This document shows, piece by piece, positions 46,022 to 55,541 of a stretch of 64,000 nucleotides of DNA. The DNA comes from Thermotogota bacterium (lineage in GTDB: Bacteria > Hydrothermota > Hydrothermia > LBFQ01). How positions within the stretch are numbered: position 1 is the first letter of the stretch; every line of letters starts with the position of its first letter. The DNA lies in assembly GCA_013154295.1 (NCBI GenBank), contig JAADCS010000168.1, forward strand, positions 3,141-67,140, given 5' to 3'. The notes under the pieces were generated by a model. That model did not search any database, was not told the DNA's origin, and was given only the letters and a program-made list of their open reading frames with translations. Made by a program: the position numbers and the translations under genes.

Positions 46022-47242
46022 TTGGGTAGGAAAGTATTTTTTAAAACTTTCGGTTGTCGTAGTAACCAGTACGACACCGAATTTTTGAGGAGTCAACTGG
46101 AAAGTATAGGTCTTCTAACCGTAGAGAATCCCGATGAAGCTGATCTGGTGGTGATAAACTCCTGCGCCGTGACCCACAAAGCCGAAAGGGAAAGTAGGCG
46201 GGAGGTTAGAAGGCATCTACGTAAAGGGAAGAGGGTGATATATACCGGATGTGCGGCCAAGTTGAATCCCTACCACAAGGCACATCTCTCCGGTTCGATA
46301 GAGGAGGTACTCTCCCACTTCGGTATAACTGATCCCTCACCCCTGCGGGGTTTTACCAGAGCAAGAGGCATATTGAAGGTACAGGAGGGCTGCGATTTTG
46401 CTTGTTCATACTGTGTTATAAGATTTGCCAGAGGTGGATCTCGTTCCATATCACTTTCGCGCATACTGAAGGAAGCTGAAAAGTTGAGTTTTCATACACG
46501 CGAGATCACCTTGACTGGCACCCAGATAGGTGACTGGGGGAAGGAATGGGGAATGGACCTACCGGATCTCCTGCACATACTGACCAGCAGGTTTCCCCAC
46601 GTTAGGTTTCGCATCTCTTCCATCGGTCCCCTCCATATAACGGAAAGACTTATAGACGTTATGGTCGCTAAAGGGAACATCTGTCCGCACCTGCATATTT
46701 CCGTTCAGAGCGGCAGTGACCGCATACTTAGGCTCATGAAAAGACCCTATACCAGAGCTTTCTACGAAAGTCGTTTGGATCTGGCCTACTCCCGCATACC
46801 GGATCTGGCTGTCGGAACCGACGTTATCGTGGGTTTTCCCGGTGAAACCGAAGAGGATTTTAACCAAACCTTGGAACTCTTGAAAAACTATCCTTTCGCT
46901 TACATCCATGCCTTTGAATACTCACCGAGGCCCGGAACGCCGGCTTACTCCATGGGTGAGGTGCCGGCTTCGGTGCGCAAAGTTAGGATGCGTCGGATTC
47001 AGGATCTCATACGACGGAAGAAAAAGGAGTATCGTCGCAGGTTCTTGGGTAGAATCCTACACCTCTACGTTGAGAGGAAAGAGGGGGATCTCCTTTTGGG
47101 AACGACTGAAAATTATCTGAAAGTAGCGGTAGAATCTTCGGAAGACCTGGTCGGAAGTATAGTACCGGTTGAGATATTTGAGGACAGAGATACCGGCATC
47201 ATGATAGGGAAAGTCGACGAGGCAAAAGGCGCTCGGGTTTGA
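46022..47242 (+). CDS. mtaB: radical-SAM methylthiotransferase, MtaB-like
   Basis: UPF0004 N-domain FKTFGCRSNQYDTEFL, radical SAM CDFACSYCVI, C-terminal TRAM-like region. Confidence 0.75.
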   Translation: MGRKVFFKTFGCRSNQYDTEFLRSQLESIGLLTVENPDEADLVVINSCAVTHKAERESRREVRRHLRKGKRVIYTGCAAKLNPYHKAHLSGSIEEVLSHFGITDPSPLRGFTRARGILKVQEGCDFACSYCVIRFARGGSRSISLSRILKEAEKLSFHTREITLTGTQIGDWGKEWGMDLPDLLHILTSRFPHVRFRISSIGPLHITERLIDVMVAKGNICPHLHISVQSGSDRILRLMKRPYTRAFYESRLDLAYSRIPDLAVGTDVIVGFPGETEEDFNQTLELLKNYPFAYIHAFEYSPRPGTPAYSMGEVPASVRKVRMRRIQDLIRRKKKEYRRRFLGRILHLYVERKEGDLLLGTTENYLKVAVESSEDLVGSIVPVEIFEDRDTGIMIGKVDEAKGARV

Positions 47243-48053
47243 GAATACCCCCAGTCACCCTACCTACACCGACGAACCTCTCCCCCACCCAAACCCTATG
47301 AAAACCCTCCGGAGCGCTAATCCTCAATCGCATACCGTTTAGAAATTTCCTGCCCACTTCATCGTCCAGTTTTAACGTACCCATCCAGTAGAGAGCCTCC
47401 TCCACCGGTATGATGTCTCCGTGAGTTATCTCCTGCGGTTCCTTAGCATCCTTTACCCTGAAACGTCCTACGGCCGTCCTCCTAAGCTCAATCAGATGTC
47501 CAACAGTTCCCAAACTTTCAGCTATATCTCTGGCCAAGGATCTCACGTAGGTGCCCCTACCTACACGACACCTGAAACGCAGGACCTCTCCCTCAAACGA
47601 GATGAGCTCCAGAGATTCCACATATACACGTCGGGGTTTTAACCTCACCGTCTGCCCCGACCGGGCCAGATCGTAGGCTCTCCTTCCCTTCACTTTAAGA
47701 GCCGAGAACTTCGGGGGTATCTGTTCAATCTCCCCTACGAATCCTTTCAAGACCTCCCTGATCTTTTCCTCTTTCAACGGAGGAACGGGTACGGTCTCAA
47801 CCACCTCCCCCTCCGGGTCGAGAGTATCGGTCTCCTCACTTAACTTGAGCGTCGCCACGTACTCTTTGAGAAGGTGGGAGAAGAAGGGGAAAAAGCGGGT
47901 GGCCTTTCCCACTCCCACCAAGAGAAGACCGGTGGCGAATGGATCTAACGTTCCCTCATACCCTCCTTTAACCTTCAACCGTCTCTGCAACACGTTCATA
48001 GTATGACGTGAAGACCACCCGCGTGGTTTGTCTACAAGTAGAAACCCGTCCAC
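47199..48053 (-). CDS. truB: tRNA pseudouridine(55) synthase
   Basis: DGFLLVDKPRGWSSRHTMN, GTLDPFATGLLLVGVGKATR (catalytic Asp). GTG start with GAGGTAGG SD. Confidence 0.9.
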   Translation of the reverse strand: MDGFLLVDKPRGWSSRHTMNVLQRRLKVKGGYEGTLDPFATGLLLVGVGKATRFFPFFSHLLKEYVATLKLSEETDTLDPEGEVVETVPVPPLKEEKIREVLKGFVGEIEQIPPKFSALKVKGRRAYDLARSGQTVRLKPRRVYVESLELISFEGEVLRFRCRVGRGTYVRSLARDIAESLGTVGHLIELRRTAVGRFRVKDAKEPQEITHGDIIPVEEALYWMGTLKLDDEVGRKFLNGMRLRISAPEGFHRVWVGERFVGVGRVTGGILKPERLLPRRLSLS

Positions 48054-48058
48054 GCAAC

Positions 48059-49552
48059 CTACCTCTTCAGGAGGCGATAGGTCCTGCCAGCGAAACGCAC
48101 CACATACACCCCCTTGGGCAGATCTGACGTTTCTATCCTCCTTTCACCTTCGACCTCAACCCTTTTGACGACGCGACCCGTCACGTCGTATATACTCAAA
48201 GTGATGGGTTTGCTCGCAAATACTACTATACCACCCTCCACGAAGGATAGATCCGCACTCCTCTGGGGCCTCTCCGAAATTCCAGTTGGATCGTCCCATG
48301 CCAAGGGACACACACCCCAAACGTTTATGTGACAGGAGTAGTCACCCACAGCGAAGGCTAAGGATCCTCCGAGTCTAAGGACCACCACTTCCGAGCTTAT
48401 GCTGTAGGGTGTCGTTCCGTAGGTCCCCACGAGGGTCAAGCTCAGGCCGTCCAGTACTCTAACGTAGTAATTGCCTGAAGGAGCGAGAACATCCGGAAAA
48501 CGATCACCCGTCAGATCCACCAACGTGGGAGGATAACCACGTCCCTCTACACCGTCTACGTTGAACCCGCTACTGTTAGCCAAGAGAGAACCATCGGTGC
48601 CCTTGTAGACGTACAGTTCTCCGTCATGCACCACCCAAACATCGGGCAACCCATCCCCATCCCTGTTGGCCAAGGCCACCGGTGATCCTTGGGTGTAACC
48701 GCTCACCGTCCAGAGCGACCTCCAACCGAATATGAAGCCCGCATACTTATAGACCGAGACGGATGTAGCTGTAGGTACTACCACTTCATCCTTACCGTCT
48801 CCGTCCACATCACCCAAAGCCACGGTGTAATCGGGGAATATATCCACACTGGAGGATACGCCGGCAGCGAAGCTACTGTGCAAACTCCCCGTTAGGGCAT
48901 CGAAAACATAGATCTCACCGTTAGTGAGTGGGTAAAGGACTTCCAGCTCTCCGTCGCCGTTTATATCGCCCAAAGCGGGAGCATGAGCTACAGCCGGAAG
49001 GGTATAGTTCCATAGGGGAGTGTACGTACTGGCACACCCATCCAGAACCACCGCCTCCGTACCGTAAGAGGTGTAAACCTCTGGGCATCCGTCGCCGTCG
49101 GCATCGGCTATGGCCGGTGATGGGCCACGACCGTCGGGCTTATCGTGCTGGTAGAGTATGGCTCCGTCGGTTATGTTAAGCGCTCTGAAATAGTAGTAGC
49201 CATTGGCGAAAACCAGGCTGTCGGACGCGGCCACGGAGGCTATACCTGGGCCAGGGAAGTAGTCACCTCCAGTTTCCCACAGGGCGGAACCCGTGGGACC
49301 GTCAAAAGCTTTGACGCCGTAGGCACTGGAAGATTGCTGGGCACCTATTATATCCACCGCTCCATCGCCATTGGCATCCATGCCTATGATACTCTCATCT
49401 ATGCTTCCGTGTACCACATCGTACATGTGGGAAATAGATACGCACTCGGCCGGCCAAACGTAGAAACCGGTGCGCTTGTAATTGTGCCTGTATTGAGGCC
49501 ACGCCTCACCCTCTGGTCCATACAAGCCCTGTGCTAGAACCAACCCAAGCAT
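48059..49552 (-). CDS. FG-GAP/VCBS-repeat protein with T9SS-type C-terminal sorting domain
   Basis: DANGDGAVDI, DADGDGCPEV, GDINGDGELEV, GDVDGDGKDEVV, NRDGDGLPDV Ca-binding loops. C-terminus LSIYDVTGRVVKRVEVEGERRIETSDLPKGVYVVRFAGRTYRLLK. Start at ATG 49552 (M10 of the track ORF). Confidence 0.7.
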   Translation of the reverse strand: MLGLVLAQGLYGPEGEAWPQYRHNYKRTGFYVWPAECVSISHMYDVVHGSIDESIIGMDANGDGAVDIIGAQQSSSAYGVKAFDGPTGSALWETGGDYFPGPGIASVAASDSLVFANGYYYFRALNITDGAILYQHDKPDGRGPSPAIADADGDGCPEVYTSYGTEAVVLDGCASTYTPLWNYTLPAVAHAPALGDINGDGELEVLYPLTNGEIYVFDALTGSLHSSFAAGVSSSVDIFPDYTVALGDVDGDGKDEVVVPTATSVSVYKYAGFIFGWRSLWTVSGYTQGSPVALANRDGDGLPDVWVVHDGELYVYKGTDGSLLANSSGFNVDGVEGRGYPPTLVDLTGDRFPDVLAPSGNYYVRVLDGLSLTLVGTYGTTPYSISSEVVVLRLGGSLAFAVGDYSCHINVWGVCPLAWDDPTGISERPQRSADLSFVEGGIVVFASKPITLSIYDVTGRVVKRVEVEGERRIETSDLPKGVYVVRFAGRTYRLLKR

Positions 49553-49559
49553 ACCCTCA

Positions 49560-49565
49560 ATTATA
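49560..49565 (-). promoter_or_regulatory. -10 box, leaderless-type promoter of the FG-GAP gene
   Basis: The minus strand reads GGCGTATAATTGAGGGT-ATG (7 nt spacer), in the 23-nt gap after the glycosyltransferase stop. Confidence 0.45.
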
Positions 49566-49575
49566 CGCCTGAAAA

Positions 49576-50679
49576 TCACTCACCAACGACCAAGTTTAAA
49601 AGACGGGTGACCACCTCATCTTCATCATGATTTTCCAATAGATAAGTGTAAGCTCTCTCAGTTATTTGCCTTAAAATTGTCTTATTCCTCACGACTTCAA
49701 GGATCTTTTCCTTCGCTTCTTGGAGAGTGGAGACTTTCAAGCCCACCTTCGGATCCACACCGAACGTTAAAACCAATGTCCTCAAAAACCACGCTTCTAA
49801 GAAAGTGTTACTGAAACCCTCCCATAGGGAGGTGTTTACCAGGATCCAAGCTCGTCCCAACCATTCCATAGCCTCACGATGCGAAAGTTCTCCCAAAACT
49901 GTAAGGTTAGGCGAGGAGGAAGCAAACCTTTCGGTGTTTCTACCCACCATAACGAATCTGTAATCGGGGAGGAGTTTGGCAAGCTCGACGAAAAGTTCCG
50001 GTCTTTTAACAGGACGAGCGTTGGCTATCCATATCAGTGTGGGAGTTTTGCTCTTTTTTACTTTCATGCTAAACGGCAAAAAGATCTGTGGAAAAATTTG
50101 GGATCCTTTTAAAAAAAACCTACGTAGGTTGGATCTTTGAACCTCGTTTTGAACCAGAACTCTGCTGGATAGAATCAATCCTAAACTCGCTAACACATCT
50201 ACTACAAAGGCATGCAGGAGATACAGAGGGCACATCCAAACTCGCCTTCGGCATCCACGTCGCAAAAGTTTCCTCACCTCCGGTAAAGGAAGTGTAAGGT
50301 CATCTTCCGATACAAAGGCCAAAAACATCTTTGAGGTCAGGAGAGAGTACAGAGCTAAGGGAAAGTAATAAAACCGTATCCTTGTGATAACCACATCAGC
50401 CCTCCCACGACGGAGTTGATCGATGATCCTTATGTAGTCGAGAAATTGGAGTTTGCCCGTCCATCGGAGCACTCTTTTAATCTCAACTCCATGGTCGTCC
50501 TCCACAGCGGGTTTTCCATCAACGTGACCACATATGTAAGCCACATCGTACCCTCTTCGAACCAAAGCATGGGCCAAAAGGTACGCCTGCCTCTCGGCAC
50601 CTCCTGTTACGCCATCTTTAAAGTAGTATGGCATCACGAAAGTGAACTTCGGACGTTGGGATGAAGCTTCCCGCCGCAC
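49576..50679 (-). CDS. glycosyltransferase family 4 (GT-B)
   Basis: N-terminus GGAERQAYLLAHALVRRGYDV. C-terminus EGFSNTFLEAW (E-x7-E-like region). Lower GC. Confidence 0.7.
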   Translation of the reverse strand: MRREASSQRPKFTFVMPYYFKDGVTGGAERQAYLLAHALVRRGYDVAYICGHVDGKPAVEDDHGVEIKRVLRWTGKLQFLDYIRIIDQLRRGRADVVITRIRFYYFPLALYSLLTSKMFLAFVSEDDLTLPLPEVRKLLRRGCRRRVWMCPLYLLHAFVVDVLASLGLILSSRVLVQNEVQRSNLRRFFLKGSQIFPQIFLPFSMKVKKSKTPTLIWIANARPVKRPELFVELAKLLPDYRFVMVGRNTERFASSSPNLTVLGELSHREAMEWLGRAWILVNTSLWEGFSNTFLEAWFLRTLVLTFGVDPKVGLKVSTLQEAKEKILEVVRNKTILRQITERAYTYLLENHDEDEVVTRLLNLVVGE

Positions 50680-50680
50680 T

Positions 50681-51283
50681 TTATCTATCCATCAGATCCC
50701 AACCGCGTCGGAAGGCCTGAAGGTTGAGTTCCCTATACTTCGGTGGCACCCTATCGGCTACTGTTCCTTCCACTACTCCTCTATCTAAACCCAACAGACG
50801 GGAAGCGGCTCCCACAACCACCACGTTCATAACCCTGGCATTTTTAAGATCCATGGCCACCTTTAGGGCATCTACGGTATAGGTGTTGGGAACGTTCCTC
50901 CTGACTATAGCTGGAACGTTTTCCGGATAGGTGTAAGGTTTACCATCGGGACCCTTAAGACCGGAGGAGACTGACATAGGGACGAAGTTATAACGATTTA
51001 TGAGAACGGTACCGGATGGTTTGATGAGTTTTAGATAGCGGAGGGCTTCCAGTTCCTCCAGCGCCACCAAATAGTCTGCCCCAAAATCTCCCGTTATGGG
51101 TGCCCACACCTTTTCTCCCCAGCGTACGTAGGTCATCACGCTTCCACCCCTTTGAGATAGACCATGTACCTCCGCTTGTTTGACATCGTACCCCATACGA
51201 AACAGGGCCTCTGTAAATATACGGGACGCCAGCATCACTCCCTGACCGCCTACACCGGCTATCACTAAGGTCTTTGTGTCCAT
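50681..51283 (-). CDS. iorB: 2-oxoacid:ferredoxin oxidoreductase gamma-type subunit (IorB-like)
   Basis: LVIAGVGGQGVMLASRIFTEALFRMGYDVKQAEVHGLSQRGGSV (POR gamma/IorB motif). About 200 aa. Confidence 0.75.
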   Translation of the reverse strand: MDTKTLVIAGVGGQGVMLASRIFTEALFRMGYDVKQAEVHGLSQRGGSVMTYVRWGEKVWAPITGDFGADYLVALEELEALRYLKLIKPSGTVLINRYNFVPMSVSSGLKGPDGKPYTYPENVPAIVRRNVPNTYTVDALKVAMDLKNARVMNVVVVGAASRLLGLDRGVVEGTVADRVPPKYRELNLQAFRRGWDLMDR

Positions 51284-51290
51284 CTCCGTT

Positions 51291-51296
51291 AGTTTA
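51291..51296 (-). promoter_or_regulatory. -10 box, leaderless-type promoter of iorB
   Basis: The minus strand reads CCTTTAAACTAACGGAG-ATG (7 nt spacer). Confidence 0.4.
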
Positions 51297-51314
51297 AAGG
51301 CGAACTTCCTTCCT

Positions 51315-51320
51315 TACAAT
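51315..51320 (+). promoter_or_regulatory. -10 box, leaderless-type promoter of the SpoIID-like gene
   Basis: CCTTACAATTGCCAGCC-GTG (8 nt spacer). The box overlaps the TTG used by the ORF track. Confidence 0.45.
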
Positions 51321-51328
51321 TGCCAGCC

Positions 51329-52288
51329 GTGATGTTTTTTTTCCTCGCCCTTCTTCCCGATACGGTGATCGTCGGTATAAATGCGGGAGTACCTGTAAAA
51401 AAGGTGGTAGCCCAGGTAGGGGGGAAGAGCTACAGAATAGTAGTGAAGAATAAATGGATACTCGTCAACGGCGTTAAAAAACGCTCATTTCGTCTTAGGA
51501 ACGCCAGGCTTCTGGAACCCGTTAGAGGGGATTATCCCGGTCTATTGATCTTTAAACCCTACAAGGGTGGGATAAGGATATTAAACAGGGTTCCCCTCCA
51601 GGAGTACATAGCTGATGTGATAGCCAGCGAGATGGGGGATGCCCCCCTTGAATCTCTTAAAGCCCAAGCCGTTCTAGCCAGGACCTTTTTGATGAGATGG
51701 GGAAAACGACACGGTTCGTTCCACGCTTGTGATCGCGACCACTGCCAGAGGTACGAGGGGAGAAATAGGGTAAAATCCATCCACAGGAGGGCAGCTAAGG
51801 AGACCCGTTCCATGGTACTGACTTACAAAGGAAAACCCGTAGAAGTTCTCTATCACGCCTCGTGTGGTGGATGGGTATGTGAGCCTAAGTACGTGTGGAG
51901 ACGCGGGAAACGTCTGCCCTACTTCTGGACAGGAGAGGATGAGGACTGCTTTGAAGACGACAACCCCAGATACACCTGGAAGGTCTTCGTACCTCTCAAA
52001 TCCTGCCCGAAAGTTAGAAGGATACCGGGTTCTTTGAGGGTGTTTTCCATGATAGTGGATGGTGATACCCTCTATGCGTACGATATACGCAGGCGGTTCA
52101 ACTTGCCAAGTACGGTTTTCGCCTACTGGTGCACCCAAACCGGCGTGATATTCATAGGTACAGGTCGGGGTCACGGTGTAGGTCTGTGTCAGAGGGGAGC
52201 TATACTCAAAGCGAAGAAGGGTTGGAATTACAAACGAATACTTCTGTTTTACTATAGGGGAACCACCGTTAAAAAGGTGGGTCGTTAG
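51329..52288 (+). CDS. SpoIID/LytB-domain protein (peptidoglycan remodelling)
   Basis: EYIADVIASEMGDAPLESLKAQAVLARTF, HACDRDHCQRYEG, VLYHASCGG. Start GTG 51329 or ATG 51332. Confidence 0.8.
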   Translation: MMFFFLALLPDTVIVGINAGVPVKKVVAQVGGKSYRIVVKNKWILVNGVKKRSFRLRNARLLEPVRGDYPGLLIFKPYKGGIRILNRVPLQEYIADVIASEMGDAPLESLKAQAVLARTFLMRWGKRHGSFHACDRDHCQRYEGRNRVKSIHRRAAKETRSMVLTYKGKPVEVLYHASCGGWVCEPKYVWRRGKRLPYFWTGEDEDCFEDDNPRYTWKVFVPLKSCPKVRRIPGSLRVFSMIVDGDTLYAYDIRRRFNLPSTVFAYWCTQTGVIFIGTGRGHGVGLCQRGAILKAKKGWNYKRILLFYYRGTTVKKVGR

Positions 52289-52905
52289 AAGATTCCCACC
52301 AATCCCAAAAGGAATGTGTAAATGAGCCTGGAGAGGGGGAAGATGATCATTCCTAAAATGTCGAACATGGGCAGGAGTATAGAGATCAGAATCAAACCAA
52401 GGAGAACGTATTGGAGTTTATGTTCCAGGTCATAATCCCAGTAGAGAGAAGGTTTGAAACCCTGAAGAACCCTCCAACCATCAAGGGGAGGTAAAGGAAT
52501 CATGTTGAAAACGGCCAGAATTATATTCAACCAGACGAAGGTTTCCACCGCCGGGAGGAGATAGGGAAAGGAAAGGATGCTTAAACGATACACGATCACA
52601 CCCATCAGGGCCAGAAGGAGGTTGGAGATTGGACCAGCTACCGCGACCAATGCCATATGAAGTGGGGGATTTCTAAACTTAGAAGGGTCTACCGGAACGG
52701 GTTTGGCCCACCCAAAACCTACCAGCACTATCATAATTAGCCCTAACCAATCTATATGGACAAGAGGATTCAAGGAGAGCCTTCCAGCCCTTCGGGCCGT
52801 ATCGTCTCCCAACTTGTAAGCCATCCAGGCATGGGCGAATTCATGGAAGGTCAGAGCTAGTACCATGAAGGGTAGTATCGCTATCCGCAATACCAAGTTT
52901 ATCAT
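52285..52905 (-). CDS. site-2 protease family (M50) membrane metalloprotease
   Basis: HEFAHAWMA HExxH motif in TM1, NMIPLPPLDG second motif. Confidence 0.8.
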   Translation of the reverse strand: MINLVLRIAILPFMVLALTFHEFAHAWMAYKLGDDTARRAGRLSLNPLVHIDWLGLIMIVLVGFGWAKPVPVDPSKFRNPPLHMALVAVAGPISNLLLALMGVIVYRLSILSFPYLLPAVETFVWLNIILAVFNMIPLPPLDGWRVLQGFKPSLYWDYDLEHKLQYVLLGLILISILLPMFDILGMIIFPLSRLIYTFLLGLVGIF

Positions 52906-54284
52906 ATCTTCAAAACGTACCTGTAGATTCTCTGTTCAATCAATCCAAACAGCGAGTAGGCCAACCAATAGAGAACGATGCCGGCCGGTAGGTTCAGGAA
53001 GATGAACACGAAGACGGCGGACATCAGGATGGATGTACGTTTAGTGTTGGGATCTGCCGAAGGTTGAAACCAAGCGTTCGCCGCGCTGACCAAACCCATG
53101 ATTATAGGCAAAGCGTAGTAGGGATCCTTCAAGGAGAGATCCTGAACCCAAAGGAACGAGGTTCCTTTAAGCTCTATGGCGTTCTGGAGCACCTGGTACA
53201 GAGCCCAGAACACCGGCAACATAAGAATCATGGGCAGACATCCACTTAGGGGATTGACACCTGCCTCACGGTAGAGCTTCATCGTTTCCCATTGGAGGCG
53301 CTCAGGATCATCCTTATAAAGTTCTTGAATCTTCTTCAGCTTAGGTTGGAGTTTCTGCATCTGCTTGGCCGAACGGTACATGTTCACGTACAGAGGCGAA
53401 AGGAGGATCTTTAAGACCAACGCCAAAAGGATTATCGCTAGACCGTAATGGTGGGTTATCTTGGAGAACAGCACCAAAGCCCAATATATAGGCCAAACCA
53501 TCCAGCCGAGCCAACCACCTCCCAAATCAAAAGCCTCTTTCAGGGGAGGGTCATAGGCCGTAAGAACCTCCCTTTCGGCCGGACCGAAGAAGATCCTAAC
53601 CTCTTGATCTCTTGACGGGTAAAGGCGTAAGGTTATGCCATGGCCCTCCTTGAAGGATACCACCTTTCCTTTAAAACCCACCACGGCTACCAGGTAATAC
53701 CTGGATCGCAAACCAAACCATACCAAAGAATCTCCCACAAATTTGGTGTTAGCGTCCTTGTACCTTATCTTGTGAAATTGGCCTCCTTTGCTCTTGAGGA
53801 AGAGGTCACTTCTTAGATACCTGCCATGCTCAGTTAAAGGTGTACGAAGCTGTAGAGGTTTCCCCTCCTTTACCTTGAAACGTATTGTGAAAGGTTCTTC
53901 AAACCTATAGGAGAAGTTCTTCCCCACCACTTCCCTTCGCTGGATATCCACCTTTACCTCCCCTCTCACCCTCAAAGGTTTCACTATGTAGCCAGATGGT
54001 TCAGCTTTGTGTTTTTCATCCTTCAGAGAAAAGACCGAACCATCCTCTGGGACGACATTGTAGGTGTAACCGTTTAAGGTTATTGGTATGAGACGGGCAG
54101 GTTTTCTTGTCCCCGTTTTCTCAGCCTTCGGTTGAGGTTTAGGCTTCGGTTTGGACGTTTGGACCTGGCTCTGTTTTCTCCTCAAAGCCTCCCTCTTGGG
54201 TCGTACGAAGACGTAGTCCCATACGAACATAAAACCCATCGCGAAGAGGAAGAATAGAAGCAAGCGCGTGGTTCTATCGTTCAT
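52902..54284 (-). CDS. yidC: membrane protein insertase YidC
   Basis: N-terminal TM, periplasmic P1 domain, conserved core LYREAGVNPLSGCLPMILMLPVFWALY and LNLPAGIVLYW. Confidence 0.9.
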   Translation of the reverse strand: MNDRTTRLLLFFLFAMGFMFVWDYVFVRPKREALRRKQSQVQTSKPKPKPQPKAEKTGTRKPARLIPITLNGYTYNVVPEDGSVFSLKDEKHKAEPSGYIVKPLRVRGEVKVDIQRREVVGKNFSYRFEEPFTIRFKVKEGKPLQLRTPLTEHGRYLRSDLFLKSKGGQFHKIRYKDANTKFVGDSLVWFGLRSRYYLVAVVGFKGKVVSFKEGHGITLRLYPSRDQEVRIFFGPAEREVLTAYDPPLKEAFDLGGGWLGWMVWPIYWALVLFSKITHHYGLAIILLALVLKILLSPLYVNMYRSAKQMQKLQPKLKKIQELYKDDPERLQWETMKLYREAGVNPLSGCLPMILMLPVFWALYQVLQNAIELKGTSFLWVQDLSLKDPYYALPIIMGLVSAANAWFQPSADPNTKRTSILMSAVFVFIFLNLPAGIVLYWLAYSLFGLIEQRIYRYVLKI

Positions 54285-54293
54285 TGAGCGGGT

Positions 54294-54299
54294 ATTATA
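54294..54299 (-). promoter_or_regulatory. -10 box, leaderless-type promoter of yidC
   Basis: The minus strand reads CAGTATAATACCCGCTCA-ATG (9 nt spacer), inside the 24-nt gap after the SurA-like stop. Confidence 0.5.
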
Positions 54300-54308
54300 C
54301 TGTGGCTT

Positions 54309-55541
54309 TTAAATGTAGATCTTCACGTAGTAATCTTTCTTTGCTTCCTCTATCAGTTTGTTCAGCTCCTCCTCAATCTTACGATTCAAAAGTATCTGGC
54401 GGATCTGCTCCTTGGTGGGTTTTTGCCCCTCTTGGACGTCTAAAACTTTGAAGATATTTATTACGGTACCGTCCGGGGAGACTATGGGACCCACTATCTG
54501 ACCCGGCTTCGCCTTCTTAAGCTTTTCAACTATATCCGGTGGAAGGTTCCGAGCACTGATCCATCCTATCTCACCCCCGTTTTGACGGGAGACAACATCG
54601 TCAGAGTACCGTTCGGCCAATTTGGAGAAGGAGTAACCAGCCTTCAGTTTTTTGATGATATTTTTGGCTTTCTTCATGGTGCGGCTCACATCTTTCTCGC
54701 CTGGTGCCACTTTAACGAGTATGTGAGCCAGTAGAAAAGCATCGTCGCGCTTTGCCTTAACGTAGAAGATATGATAACCCTGGGTACCCCTAAGGGGCTT
54801 GGTGTAGGAGCCTTCGGGTGTCCTTTCGATCTCTCTGACAAAATCGGGAGGTAGAGCATTTTTGGGGACTATCCCCAGATCTCCACCCATTTGAGCGCTC
54901 TGGCGGTCATCAGAGTACTTTTGAACCATCTCCTCCCATTTGGCCCCTTTCTTGAGCTGTTGGTATATCCTCTTGGCTTTGGCGTAATATTCCTGCTCAA
55001 CCGAGGCCGAGGGTTTTACCATGAGACTTATAACGGCCAACTTGAACTCCGGAGGTGTGGCCAAGGAGTCGGCCAAACGTCTGTAAGCTTCCTCAATCTC
55101 TTTCTCCTCCACCTTTATCTTCGGTTTTATCTTCCACTCCACGTACTTCTGAATGTATAGCGTCTTCTTGATCTCCTCCCGTAGGAACCTTCTGTAGCTT
55201 TCAAGCGTAAAGCCCGCTTCCTTCAGTTTCTTCGCAAACTCTTCGTCGGATAGGTTGCCCTTTATCTGCTGGATCTGCATGTCTATAGCTCTCTCTATCT
55301 CCTCGGGAGTGACGTGTATGGTCGTATCCTCACGTATCTTTAGATAGAGCAACTCGGTGTTTATCATCTGCTGTAGGACCTCTCGCCGCAGTTGAGGAAT
55401 CTGCTGTGGGGGTATGCCGTACATGGCAGCGTACATTATGGCCTTCTCGTCCACATCCGAAAGCCATATGGCTTTGTCATCCACCACCGCTGCCACCCTG
55501 TCCAAAGTATCAAGTTGGGCTGTAAGGAAGAGAACGAACAT
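54309..55541 (-). CDS. SurA-like periplasmic chaperone / parvulin PPIase (two parvulin domains)
   Basis: SurA_N-like helices. GGDLGIVPKNALPPDF..GYHIFYV and GGEIGWISARNLPPDI parvulin motifs. GGGAGGT SD 5 nt before ATG 55541. In-frame TAG lies immediately upstream of GTG 55544. Confidence 0.8.
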   Translation of the reverse strand: MFVLFLTAQLDTLDRVAAVVDDKAIWLSDVDEKAIMYAAMYGIPPQQIPQLRREVLQQMINTELLYLKIREDTTIHVTPEEIERAIDMQIQQIKGNLSDEEFAKKLKEAGFTLESYRRFLREEIKKTLYIQKYVEWKIKPKIKVEEKEIEEAYRRLADSLATPPEFKLAVISLMVKPSASVEQEYYAKAKRIYQQLKKGAKWEEMVQKYSDDRQSAQMGGDLGIVPKNALPPDFVREIERTPEGSYTKPLRGTQGYHIFYVKAKRDDAFLLAHILVKVAPGEKDVSRTMKKAKNIIKKLKAGYSFSKLAERYSDDVVSRQNGGEIGWISARNLPPDIVEKLKKAKPGQIVGPIVSPDGTVINIFKVLDVQEGQKPTKEQIRQILLNRKIEEELNKLIEEAKKDYYVKIYI

